In this document: piece after piece, positions 9,495 to 18,267 of the stretch
Layout of the letters: each line of letters opens with the position of its first letter
Position numbering within the stretch: the stretch's first letter is position 1
DNA from: a virus
Length of the DNA stretch: 64,000 bases
Reading direction: 5' to 3' (one strand)
Virus record (IMG/VR): IMGVR_UViG_3300042301_004349
Coordinates: 1-64,000 of that record
Made by a program: the position numbers and the translations under genes
Notes under the pieces: model-generated
Told to the model about the DNA's origin: nothing
What the model saw: only the letters and a program-made list of their open reading frames with translations
Databases searched by the model: none

Positions 9495-9708
9495 TTGAAT
9501 GTTCTTTAATTGTTTCATAATACGATTCACGTAAACGCCTAACAGCACCTTCAGCACTGGCTACACCTGCCTTGAACATTTGTTCCTGGTCTCCATAACC
9601 TCGTTCATTAATTACTTTGAATATTTCTTCAAATATTTCAAATCCAAATAAATTACTACCTAGTGCTTGATACTTATCACTCATATTAAAATCGTTTTGA
9701 TAATTCAA
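9487..9708 (-). CDS. hypothetical protein
   Basis: packed ORF; true start may be 9684. Confidence 0.6.
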   Translation of the reverse strand: MNYQNDFNMSDKYQALGSNLFGFEIFEEIFKVINERGYGDQEQMFKAGVASAEGAVRRLRESYYETIKEHSNE

Positions 9709-9970
9709 TAATATATCCTTCTTGTTCTTTAGTTAATTTCCACCCATTACCAAATAGTTTATTGAGTGCTATATTAAATTCATCTGTATTTTCATCTAGT
9801 GCTCTTCGCTCTATACGAGATGATGCTTCTACAAAGCCATCATTTGTAACAACACATGATTTAGAAATATATTCATTATCCTGCATTGCTTCAAAGAATT
9901 CTCTTCGATCATACTTACCCATTGCATAGATAATATCCTCAATAGCTACATCAATGTTAATTGAACCCAT
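9686..9970 (-). CDS. hypothetical protein
   Basis: packed ORF. Confidence 0.7.
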   Translation of the reverse strand: MGSINIDVAIEDIIYAMGKYDRREFFEAMQDNEYISKSCVVTNDGFVEASSRIERRALDENTDEFNIALNKLFGNGWKLTKEQEGYIIELSKRF

Positions 9971-9977
9971 ATTGTTT

Positions 9978-10199
9978 TTAGTTAAAATTAAAGAATTTAT
10001 TTTTACTCATTTCTAATGCTCGTCTTTCACCTTCACTTCGTGGTTTAGATTGTATTCTAACCATTGGTTTCGGTTTACGTCCTCTTGGTTTACCTGATAT
10101 TTCTTCAATATCATCCCATCTTGTCTCTCTAACTTGTTTATAGAAGCGTTCACGAACATGTTTCATGTATTCCTCATCTAATCCAAATTCGTTTTGCAT
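9978..10199 (-). CDS. small basic protein with AT-hook-like KPRGRKPK
   Basis: motif visible in translation. Confidence 0.65.
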   Translation of the reverse strand: MQNEFGLDEEYMKHVRERFYKQVRETRWDDIEEISGKPRGRKPKPMVRIQSKPRSEGERRALEMSKNKFFNFN

Positions 10200-10215
10200 A
10201 ACTATTTATTTAAAT

Positions 10216-10281
10216 AGGAAAGGTTGCCTACTAACACCTCACACCCGAATTGTAGGCAGGTCGGGTCGCTTAACCTTTCCT
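10216..10281. ncRNA. putative structured RNA: H-type pseudoknot closed by a 10-bp stem
   Basis: AGGAAAGGTT/AACCTTTCCT, GCCTAC/GTAGGC and ACCCGA/TCGGGT perfect pairings in a GC-rich intergenic island. Confidence 0.6.
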
Positions 10282-10485
10282 TTAATTTATATAATCTAAT
10301 ATAAGTTCTTCGCCCCTACACATAGACTGTATAGTTTTGAATTTACGTTCATTGTCTAATGGTTTTGCTTCTTTATAGTCATTACACCATACCAGCTGAC
10401 CACCATATGCTAAGCCACTAAAATACTCTAGTTGTGAATTCATCACAATAAATTCTCTACGCTTCTCTTTTTTCTTCCCTGTCAT
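10282..10485 (-). CDS. hypothetical protein
   Basis: packed ORF. Confidence 0.65.
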   Translation of the reverse strand: MTGKKKEKRREFIVMNSQLEYFSGLAYGGQLVWCNDYKEAKPLDNERKFKTIQSMCRGEELILDYIN

Positions 10486-10636
10486 TTTGAATTAGTTGAG
10501 GATTTGTTTCTAATATATTTGATATAGCATGTACTATTTCTTCAGGTCCGAAGTGGGTTTTCCAATCATATTCATCAGCTACTTTATTAACCCATTCCAT
10601 GTAAAGTTTATATAATTCGTCTTTATTTATCTTCAT
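10457..10636 (-). CDS. hypothetical protein
   Basis: ATG at 10636 preferred. Confidence 0.6.
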   Translation of the reverse strand: MKINKDELYKLYMEWVNKVADEYDWKTHFGPEEIVHAISNILETNPQLIQNDREEKREA

Positions 10637-10919
10637 AAACACAATCACTGAATTTTAAGCCCCACATTAATGAAATCATTCCCATTTCTTTCTCAGCCCA
10701 CTGTTTATGGTACTTAAATCTTTTTCTGATTTCAGATACACCCCATTCCTTCCAAATATCGTTTTGTTCTACAGTCATTGTCCATTGTTGATACCAATTA
10801 TCTTTTCTATCTTTGATATCATTAAAGGTAACAGAGTGGCCTGCAATCTCAAACATTTTATTGATTGCATCCTCGACAAACATGTTTTGTTTTTCCTGTA
10901 ATGTTAATCTTTTAGCCAT
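10623..10919 (-). CDS. hypothetical protein
   Basis: packed ORF. Confidence 0.7.
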   Translation of the reverse strand: MAKRLTLQEKQNMFVEDAINKMFEIAGHSVTFNDIKDRKDNWYQQWTMTVEQNDIWKEWGVSEIRKRFKYHKQWAEKEMGMISLMWGLKFSDCVYEDK

Positions 10920-11515
10920 TTTGATTTGAGTATTTTAGTGTAATAATCAGTTGTTACTGGTTCCTCTCCATGTTTATGTGAAGTCCATGTTTGTGGAGCT
11001 TCTTTTCTACACTGCTCTATCCGTTCACGTTTAGATTTAGTTTTATCTGTTGCATATTCATAATACAACCAAGGTTCCCAATAATGAGAATGATACTTGC
11101 TATATACAGTTAATGCTATTTGATAACCGAAGAATACAAATGAAAATACAGGATTCCATTCGTGTCTGAAATCATCAGATGTCCATTTTGTTTTCCATCC
11201 TAAACTGCAATAGCTAAATCCAACTGTTAGTGGTACTGGATATCTATATTTTAGTTTCTCTTGAAATAAGTTTCCAATCAATTTTACCTTACGTGGGGTG
11301 TTTGGATTAAGTTTATTCCAGTTCTCTTGTTGTTCAATTTCATCACTAGCTGCTTTGTATGCTCGTTCTGGTGTTGCCTTAACCCATTTACGAGGTAGGA
11401 AATATGGAGTACCAATTTGTGTTTTACCAATATACCATTTAAAACTAAATGGCTTGAAGGGGCTCCACAGTGCTTTAATCCATCTAAGGCTTTCTAGTGT
11501 GTATTTTAGTTTCAT
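10904..11515 (-). CDS. Trp-rich hypothetical phage protein
   Basis: 203-aa ORF. Confidence 0.75.
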   Translation of the reverse strand: MKLKYTLESLRWIKALWSPFKPFSFKWYIGKTQIGTPYFLPRKWVKATPERAYKAASDEIEQQENWNKLNPNTPRKVKLIGNLFQEKLKYRYPVPLTVGFSYCSLGWKTKWTSDDFRHEWNPVFSFVFFGYQIALTVYSKYHSHYWEPWLYYEYATDKTKSKRERIEQCRKEAPQTWTSHKHGEEPVTTDYYTKILKSKWLKD

Positions 11516-11518
11516 AAC

Positions 11519-12259
11519 CTATTTTATTTGTCCTAAAGATACGACTCCATCTATGACAATCAAATATTCTCTTGGCATTGTGTCTACAAAGTAATAACGA
11601 CCATTAGTGGATTTGCCTTCAATATCGATGTGTTTATAACCTGTATGTCCTACTACTTGTCTAATTTGAGTACGCAATGTATCATAATTAGCTTTCATTA
11701 ATGCACGAGGACGGATCCAAAGTGGACCTTGAAATACTTCATCACCATAACCACTAGTACCATAAACATTAGTACCCACCTGTTTATATGAACGATATGC
11801 TACTTTTAATGGTTGGTATTTAAACAGATCGTTAAGATACATTGCTAAATTAGGTACGTCCCACATTGTGATAGTATCATCTAACCATTCACTACTTACA
11901 CCAGCATGAGTAACTAATATATCATCAAATTGATATGCTAATTGTAAATGATCTCTATTAGTATCAACAATGTGTTGGATGCTAGGGGCCATTCTTGTTT
12001 GATAACCTGAACAACCATTCTCCCCAATTTCAGGAAAGTAATGATAATCGTGATTGCCAATCAGTAGTATAACTTCTTTATCAGTAGTTGTTTTAAATTC
12101 AATAATGTCTTGAAAATTTTGGATTTGAACTAATCCAGGAACATTAAATGAATCAAAATAATCACCTACAAAGATAATTCTGTCTGCGTCTTGTTCTTGT
12201 TGAACTACTTGTTTCCATGAATTGTGACCATGGACGTCTCCGATTATTACTGTTTTCAT
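11519..12259 (-). CDS. calcineurin-like metallophosphoesterase
   Basis: GDVHG, GDYFD, GNHD, THAG, VGHT motifs. Confidence 0.92.
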   Translation of the reverse strand: MKTVIIGDVHGHNSWKQVVQQEQDADRIIFVGDYFDSFNVPGLVQIQNFQDIIEFKTTTDKEVILLIGNHDYHYFPEIGENGCSGYQTRMAPSIQHIVDTNRDHLQLAYQFDDILVTHAGVSSEWLDDTITMWDVPNLAMYLNDLFKYQPLKVAYRSYKQVGTNVYGTSGYGDEVFQGPLWIRPRALMKANYDTLRTQIRQVVGHTGYKHIDIEGKSTNGRYYFVDTMPREYLIVIDGVVSLGQIK

Positions 12260-12287
12260 AACCTAAATTTAATAACTTACTTTGCCA

Positions 12288-12518
12288 TTACCAAAACTTC
12301 CACCAAGGTTTTTCTTGTGTTGGTGCCGGTTTTGAATTTGTTATTTTAAGAGGACGATTAAATATCAAATTAGCATTGCGTTTGATAATTAATTTATCTT
12401 GGTTGCTTAATTTACTCACATCAACATTTACTTGAATAAAGGTTTCAACACCATATGCTGTAAATGTTGTTGTCACAACATGATATTCTTTTCCTTTAAC
12501 ATTGATTGTGTGTACCAT
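12288..12518 (-). CDS. hypothetical protein, C-terminal KPWWKFW
   Basis: ORF behind ATATTTATA motif. Confidence 0.65.
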   Translation of the reverse strand: MVHTINVKGKEYHVVTTTFTAYGVETFIQVNVDVSKLSNQDKLIIKRNANLIFNRPLKITNSKPAPTQEKPWWKFW

Positions 12519-12544
12519 AGCATATATAAATATATGCTAGATCT

Positions 12545-12979
12545 CTATTTTAGACTAATCATATCACTTGAGTTGTATATTTTCTCTCCCAACCCATCAA
12601 TTATTTTTATTCCTAAAGAATTACAAATATGTCTTTCAGGAATTTCATTTGCAAATCGATCTCCCCCTTTTGTAAAGACAATTTCAGATTCTGGGTTTAG
12701 TGATTTGATTTTGTTATAGAATGATTTGATCGTTTCACAAACACTACTATCTTGGTCAATTGCAATCTCAGCGTGATCAACATACCTAATAGATTCAATA
12801 ACGGTTTTACGGTATTGTTCATCCTGGAATGAAGGTGTGCCTCGTTTTAATTCTGCTTGTTTATCATTATTTACTATAACCCACAATTCATCAACTAGGT
12901 TTTTAGATAACCTTAGACATTCAATATGACCTGGATGGATTGGGTTTCCATACATTGAGGTTATTCCGTATTTTTTCAT
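12545..12979 (-). CDS. cytidylyltransferase-like nucleotidyltransferase
   Basis: NPIHPGH (HxGH), FTKGGDR, NSSD motifs. Confidence 0.85.
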   Translation of the reverse strand: MKKYGITSMYGNPIHPGHIECLRLSKNLVDELWVIVNNDKQAELKRGTPSFQDEQYRKTVIESIRYVDHAEIAIDQDSSVCETIKSFYNKIKSLNPESEIVFTKGGDRFANEIPERHICNSLGIKIIDGLGEKIYNSSDMISLK

Positions 12980-12980
12980 G

Positions 12981-13217
12981 TTAAATAAACTTTATAACTA
13001 TTTTAGTTCCATAATCTTGAATTTCATACCCACTCCACCTATTATCTAATTTAAGATATTTGTTAAACTCAAATATAATAATTTCTTTTCCCTGATGGAA
13101 TGATACTAAAGCATTTAGCGCATAGTCAATTGAATACCCTCCTTCTAATTTATGATCTAAAATTAGATTAACAATAACAGGGTCTACATCAGTACTTAAA
13201 AGTATAGTTATATTCAT
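12981..13217 (-). CDS. hypothetical protein
   Basis: packed ORF. Confidence 0.6.
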   Translation of the reverse strand: MNITILLSTDVDPVIVNLILDHKLEGGYSIDYALNALVSFHQGKEIIIFEFNKYLKLDNRWSGYEIQDYGTKIVIKFI

Positions 13218-13220
13218 ACC

Positions 13221-14225
13221 TTAATTTGATAAAGGTGCTTTAATAGTTGGGTGTGATTGATAATTTTCTAATTCAAAATTAACCTGTCCATTTATAGCTT
13301 CATCAAATGATTTATGTTCTAAATTAGCTAAGAATATTGGGTTCATTTTTAATTCAGGTAATTCAAATGGTTCTCTACCAATCTGTTCTTTGGCTTGCTC
13401 GATATGATTGGAATACAGATGTACATCTCCCAAATTACCAATCAACTCATCAGGTACCATATCAACTTCTTTTGCAATCATCTCTAATAATAAACCGTAA
13501 GAGGCAATGTTGAATGGTAAACCTAAAAATGTATCTACACTTCGTTGATTCCACATTAATGAAATCGCTCTATATTTTCCAGGATTAACTATTTTTTCTT
13601 CACGAGTGGTTTTTCTAGTGTAAACTTGAAATCCATAATGACAAGGTGGTAAAACCATTTGGTCTAACTCACCTACATTCCAAGCACTAACCATTAATCT
13701 TCTACTATCGGGATTTGTTTTGAGTTCGTTGATTAGATTTTGAATTTGGTCTATAGGATAGGAGTTTAAGTCGAAATTAGGACTAGATGTGTCGTACATA
13801 AATTTATTCCAACTCCTCCACTGCCTACCATAAATTGGACCTAATTCACCCCATACCTTTGCAAAGTCATCATCGGTTTTAATCTTATGGATGAATTCTT
13901 CCATTGGTGGGGTGTCTTGTAGTTCCCAAGTACGAGCTCTTTCATAACGTTTATAAGCATCACCATTCCAAATGTGACAACCATTATCAACTAAATACTT
14001 AATGTTGGTATCACCTCTTAGAAACCATAGTAACTCAGTTACAATAGATTTCCAAGCCATCTTTTTAGTAGTAAGTAAAGGAAATCCATCACTCATTTTG
14101 TGACGGATTTGTCTACCAAACACAGATAGCGTACCAGTACCTGTTCTATCTTCTTTCTCTATTCCATTATCAAGAATGTCTTGTAGTAAGGCTTGATACG
14201 ATCTATCTATATTATTCGGTTTCAT
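13221..14225 (-). CDS. thyA: thymidylate synthase
   Basis: DRTGTGT, ELLWFL, LPPCH, QRSVD..LGLPFN, HLYSNH. Confidence 0.98.
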   Translation of the reverse strand: MKPNNIDRSYQALLQDILDNGIEKEDRTGTGTLSVFGRQIRHKMSDGFPLLTTKKMAWKSIVTELLWFLRGDTNIKYLVDNGCHIWNGDAYKRYERARTWELQDTPPMEEFIHKIKTDDDFAKVWGELGPIYGRQWRSWNKFMYDTSSPNFDLNSYPIDQIQNLINELKTNPDSRRLMVSAWNVGELDQMVLPPCHYGFQVYTRKTTREEKIVNPGKYRAISLMWNQRSVDTFLGLPFNIASYGLLLEMIAKEVDMVPDELIGNLGDVHLYSNHIEQAKEQIGREPFELPELKMNPIFLANLEHKSFDEAINGQVNFELENYQSHPTIKAPLSN

Positions 14226-14472
14226 GATTCATATAATTTACAAATTCAAGAGCAGCATCTGGGTTTACTTCTTGTAAATGGTTTAGAGTTAGTTCATACC
14301 TATCAAGCTGTACATGATTTATAAAATTTTCATCACGTAAACTATCTACTGTAGATTGTAATGTTTGTACTTCAACCTTAAATTGATTAACTCTTTCATT
14401 CTGAAAGTAAATTGTTGTTAACAGGGCTAATAATGAGCCTGCTGTTAGTATTGGGTTTATATATTGTTTCAT
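14212..14472 (-). CDS. membrane-anchored coiled-coil protein
   Basis: N-terminal hydrophobic helix followed by heptads. Confidence 0.65.
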   Translation of the reverse strand: MKQYINPILTAGSLLALLTTIYFQNERVNQFKVEVQTLQSTVDSLRDENFINHVQLDRYELTLNHLQEVNPDAALEFVNYMNHETE

Positions 14473-14616
14473 AATACGTTATCTTTATCTTCTTCATCAA
14501 ATAAATCATATCCCTTATAGTCAGGATGATTTTCTTGCATGTAGTCAATCCCTTTTATCCATCTCCAAGCTATCACAGCTGATGCTAATACTATACTAAT
14601 TATTGCTATTGCCATT

Positions 14617-14850
14617 TTATTGTTGTTTATATGTTTCTTTATAGTATTGTTCTGCTAAATATGGGTGTGATTTATACCCATCTAGGAAAGCATTTTCAAT
14701 CTGCTCCTTTTCTTCCCTAAGCAAATCATATAAATCTCTCTCAACCTGTTGAAGGTGATGAGCAGTATGTTTACCCATTAAAGTATCGTTCATTGATTCC
14801 ATTCTGTTTCTAACCATTATAATGGCTTGTTGTATTGCTGTCTGTTCCAT
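14617..14850 (-). CDS. hypothetical protein (EQTA...EKEQI family)
   Basis: similar to 1550..1798. Confidence 0.7.
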   Translation of the reverse strand: MEQTAIQQAIIMVRNRMESMNDTLMGKHTAHHLQQVERDLYDLLREEKEQIENAFLDGYKSHPYLAEQYYKETYKQQ

Positions 14851-14851
14851 A

Positions 14852-15370
14852 TTAATCCCACCACTTTTCAATATTTTCTTCTAATATACTAAATAATAGT
14901 CGTTTTGCTCTTAAATGATTTATATGTGCTATATTAATAGCAACGCCTGCTTTAGTTTTCTTCTTAAATGGGGGTTTCTTCATTGCCTTAACAGCAACCC
15001 AAATGCGAGGATACTTAATAAAGTAATCATCAAAGTTTTCAGAGATTTCTTTTAAATCCCATTCATAATTACCTGGATGTTCTTTACTCGGTGTGAATAT
15101 AGATTCTGTTTGATGATAATTACTATATTCATGTAAATAATATTCTGATTGTATTTTATCAATTAGTCTAGTACACAACATCATTATTTCAGCATCGCGT
15201 TTAGCTGTTGTGTGACGATCATGACCACCAATGTACTTGGCTTGATTCTTTAGTTTAAATTTTAGTATTTCCCAAATGTAATGAGTGTCCCAATCTTGGT
15301 CATTCCAAATAATTGGGAACCAACGATAAAGATTATAAATACGTCTAAAGAATTGTTTTACCTTGTACAT
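14852..15370 (-). CDS. conserved hypothetical phage protein
   Basis: WFPIIWNDQDWD...IEKWWD pattern; class A promoter 15375-15406. Confidence 0.75.
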   Translation of the reverse strand: MYKVKQFFRRIYNLYRWFPIIWNDQDWDTHYIWEILKFKLKNQAKYIGGHDRHTTAKRDAEIMMLCTRLIDKIQSEYYLHEYSNYHQTESIFTPSKEHPGNYEWDLKEISENFDDYFIKYPRIWVAVKAMKKPPFKKKTKAGVAINIAHINHLRAKRLLFSILEENIEKWWD

Positions 15371-15392
15371 AACATAAATGTAAAGCAGAAAT

Positions 15393-15421
15393 TTGGCCCA
15401 ACCAAGTTAATGGTGGGCCAA
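15393..15421 (-). terminator. hairpin after small lipoprotein gene, overlapping next promoter
   Basis: TTGGCCCACCA-TTAACT-TGGTTGGGCCAA. Confidence 0.55.
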
Positions 15422-15428
15422 TAGTAAC

Positions 15429-15593
15429 TTATTTAGTTACAGTTGTGTCAGCTGCGACTACAGTTGAGTCAGTTGCTACTGCAGAACTGTCTACTGCTAC
15501 TGCTGTTGAATCAGTTGTAGTTTCAGTTGTTCCTTTACCACCACAAGCTGTCAATACAGCTGCTACTGCGAAAATTGCGATTACTTTTTTCAT
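15429..15593 (-). CDS. small lipoprotein with repeated D-(S/T)-x motifs
   Basis: lipobox LTAC; DST, DSS, DST, DTT; own promoter 15628-15660. Confidence 0.8.
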   Translation of the reverse strand: MKKVIAIFAVAAVLTACGGKGTTETTTDSTAVAVDSSAVATDSTVVAADTTVTK

Positions 15594-15661
15594 TTGTTTG
15601 TTTGTTTGTTTAATAAATTTATTTGATGTAAACGTACGATAAATATTTTGACCGACCAACC

Positions 15662-17017
15662 CTATAATTGAAGTCTTGAACCTATTAGAAAGAAACTTAG
15701 TATTGGAGAGCCAGGTACCGTTGATAAACTGGCTTTATAATCAAGGTTAAATCCAAATCTTTTGCTCAATTTAAGACTATATCCTGTGCCCACCAAACTC
15801 ATTACATTATAATTCCAAGAACTTCCTAACCTACTGTTGTAGGTGTAAGGAGAAGCCATTAAGAACACTCCTGGAGATAAGGTTGATTTTCGGCTTATTT
15901 GATAAGGTTTAGTCCAAAATGCTGTAGCTGAAGACATCATCGAATATGAATAACTGTTTTCTGCTAACTTCAGTTTAATATTGATAATAGATAAGTTATA
16001 CCCGTATGTACCATATTTTGGATGAGGTACAACATGGGTGAAACCACCAAAAGTCATATGTGTACCTGCTACGTAAGCAACGGTATATGAATAGGCATCT
16101 ATTGATTTGAGTGCTCCGTTTTTAAAATTCATTGTGCTTTTATTCGCAGATAAAGCAAATGATTTAAAATCCATCCATATCATACTTGATACACCCCAGC
16201 TAGATTCTCCTGTAACTGATGCTTGAGACATACTTAATGATATGACTGGTGTAAATCCACCAGAAGAATTTTGAGCTACAGTTAAATCAGACCCCAACAT
16301 TATTGGGTTCATTTTAACTTCTTTTTTCTCCTCTTTCTTTTCCTCCTTTTTTTCTTCAGATTTAGACTCTTCTTTCTTTTCCTCTTTAGTTTCTGTTTTT
16401 GTTTCTTCTTTTTTCTCTTCAGTTTTAGTTTCTGTTTTTGATTCGCTGTTTTCGCTTTTGCTTTCTCCAGATGACTTTGATGAAGAGGAAGATCCAGAAG
16501 ATGAAGACGATTGGGATGATGAGGATGAAGATGAGGAAGATGACGATTGGGTAGATGAACCACTCGAAGTTGCTGCTCCTGAAGAAGCTGTTGATGCTCC
16601 TGAGGCTGCGGCTCCAGAAGCTGCTCCACTTGCTGCCCCTGAGGCTGCATTTGACGCGGCTGAACTTGCCGCTGATGATGCTGCTGAGCTTGCTGCTTGA
16701 GATGCGGCTTGTGATACTGTGTTTTGTACTGTCTGTGTTACTACGGGTGCTGCTACGGGACATGCTAATGAATTATAATAGGCGTAAGTTGTCTGGAGCC
16801 ATATTTGTAATTCTCCACTTGCTACTTGGGCGGGAGTAAATGATTTTATTTGCCCATAAAACGATACTATTGAATTTCCATTTACTATGGTAGTAGTAGC
16901 CGTTTTAACTTGACCTGAACATTTGTCAATAAAGGTTTGTGTATAGATTTGCCCTATCGCTTTTTGAGCGAATAGAAATATAACCAATATCAAAAAAGTC
17001 ACTAACCATTTTTTCAT
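15662..17017 (-). CDS. secreted protein: small N-domain, Ser/Ala- and Glu/Lys-rich linker, probable C-terminal outer-membrane beta-barrel
   Basis: signal peptide ending AIG-Q; low-complexity linker; about 210 aa of amphipathic strands ending IGSRLQL. Confidence 0.65.
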   Translation of the reverse strand: MKKWLVTFLILVIFLFAQKAIGQIYTQTFIDKCSGQVKTATTTIVNGNSIVSFYGQIKSFTPAQVASGELQIWLQTTYAYYNSLACPVAAPVVTQTVQNTVSQAASQAASSAASSAASSAASNAASGAASGAASGAAASGASTASSGAATSSGSSTQSSSSSSSSSSSQSSSSSGSSSSSKSSGESKSENSESKTETKTEEKKEETKTETKEEKKEESKSEEKKEEKKEEKKEVKMNPIMLGSDLTVAQNSSGGFTPVISLSMSQASVTGESSWGVSSMIWMDFKSFALSANKSTMNFKNGALKSIDAYSYTVAYVAGTHMTFGGFTHVVPHPKYGTYGYNLSIINIKLKLAENSYSYSMMSSATAFWTKPYQISRKSTLSPGVFLMASPYTYNSRLGSSWNYNVMSLVGTGYSLKLSKRFGFNLDYKASLSTVPGSPILSFFLIGSRLQL

Positions 17018-17046
17018 TATTTGTTTCTAGGTTACCTATAAATATA

Positions 17047-17072
17047 AAAAAAGGGAGTATTACCTCCCTTTT
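17047..17072 (-). terminator. intrinsic terminator, followed by class B promoter motif
   Basis: AAAAGGGAG-GTAATA-CTCCCTTTTTTT then ATATTTATA. Confidence 0.85.
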
Positions 17073-18267
17073 AATTTCCTTTAGATGGAAACCTAGTCCA
17101 TCCATTAACCCATATAGGTTTATCTAATTCAGGTATCACCACATCTATCTCTTTATTGCTCTTTGATAGTGCAAGAGTTTTCAATTGGTCATTTGTTAAG
17201 ATTGTAGTTGCTCTACTGATAAAGTTTAGTGTAGGGTTAAATGTTCCTACTGAATTGTTTTCAAATACTGAAGCTCCATCTTTGACGAATTGTGCAGTTT
17301 CATTACTTTCCAAACTTAAACCACCTTTCATCCAACCCCACACAACACTATTCTTCATTGTGAATTGTGTTGCTCTCCTAAATCTCAAACCTAAATTGTG
17401 GTTTGCTAACGCAGTAGACACATTCGGCCCAACTAAAACCATATTGTAAAGTTTTGGATGTGTATAAGGTTGTGCAGATGAGCCTGTTCCATCATTATCA
17501 CATTCTACACCATTTCCAGCATCACCATTATCTACGAATTGTGGGTCTCTCTTTGCTACACCATTTGTAATTGTTCCAGTGTATCCAAAATCAAAATCGA
17601 AATCATCATCTGCAGTAGCAAATGCATATAAGTTTCTAGGTGATACAGTTCCACCAAAGAATTCAAATGCATCATCATTAGCGTAGATAGTTTGAACATT
17701 CTCAATAATTGTACCACTACCAACCCCACCTAATGTTAGTGCGTTGATTTCAGAGTTTGGCATTGCCGCAATACCAGCATATTCAATTCTTACAAAACGA
17801 AGAACACCACTATTATCTAAATCGTTTGTTCCACCATAAGGTCTACCAATACCACCTTCGATTGTTGGTTCTGATGTTCTATTGGTTTTTGCTCTACCCA
17901 ATATTACAATTCCACCCCAATCACCAGGTGCCTTCTCACCATTTGCTCTACCTGATGTAAATACAATTGGTTTTGTTGCAGTTCCTTCCGCAATTATTTG
18001 TGCTCCTCTTTCGATACACAATGCTCCCTTTTCAGCAATATCGGATACAATTGTTGTACCAGGCTGAATGATAAGTTTTGCTCCATCGGTTACATATACA
18101 TAACCTTTCAATGTCCAAACTTTATCCGCAGTTAAAGTTGTTGTTGTATTGATGTTACCGGAAATTGTTGTTGATGTTGGGATGTTAATCGGCCCATCAC
18201 CACCACCCAATTCCTTTTCGCAACCCAATAACCCAAATGCTAAAATAGCTACTAATAGTTTTCTCAT
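17071..18267 (-). CDS. lipoprotein with beta-helix repeats, partner of TonB-dependent receptor
   Basis: lipobox LLGC; GDWGGIVILG, SGVLRFVRIEYAG, DDAFEFFGG, DDDFDFDFG; 4-nt overlap with receptor gene. Confidence 0.85.
   Translation of the reverse strand: MRKLLVAILAFGLLGCEKELGGGDGPINIPTSTTISGNINTTTTLTADKVWTLKGYVYVTDGAKLIIQPGTTIVSDIAEKGALCIERGAQIIAEGTATKPIVFTSGRANGEKAPGDWGGIVILGRAKTNRTSEPTIEGGIGRPYGGTNDLDNSGVLRFVRIEYAGIAAMPNSEINALTLGGVGSGTIIENVQTIYANDDAFEFFGGTVSPRNLYAFATADDDFDFDFGYTGTITNGVAKRDPQFVDNGDAGNGVECDNDGTGSSAQPYTHPKLYNMVLVGPNVSTALANHNLGLRFRRATQFTMKNSVVWGWMKGGLSLESNETAQFVKDGASVFENNSVGTFNPTLNFISRATTILTNDQLKTLALSKSNKEIDVVIPELDKPIWVNGWTRFPSKGN

Noticed and set aside
16309-16839. Acidic, basic and Leu-rich alternative-frame ORFs
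   Set aside because: Shadows of the Ser/Ala/Glu/Lys low-complexity linker of 15662..17017
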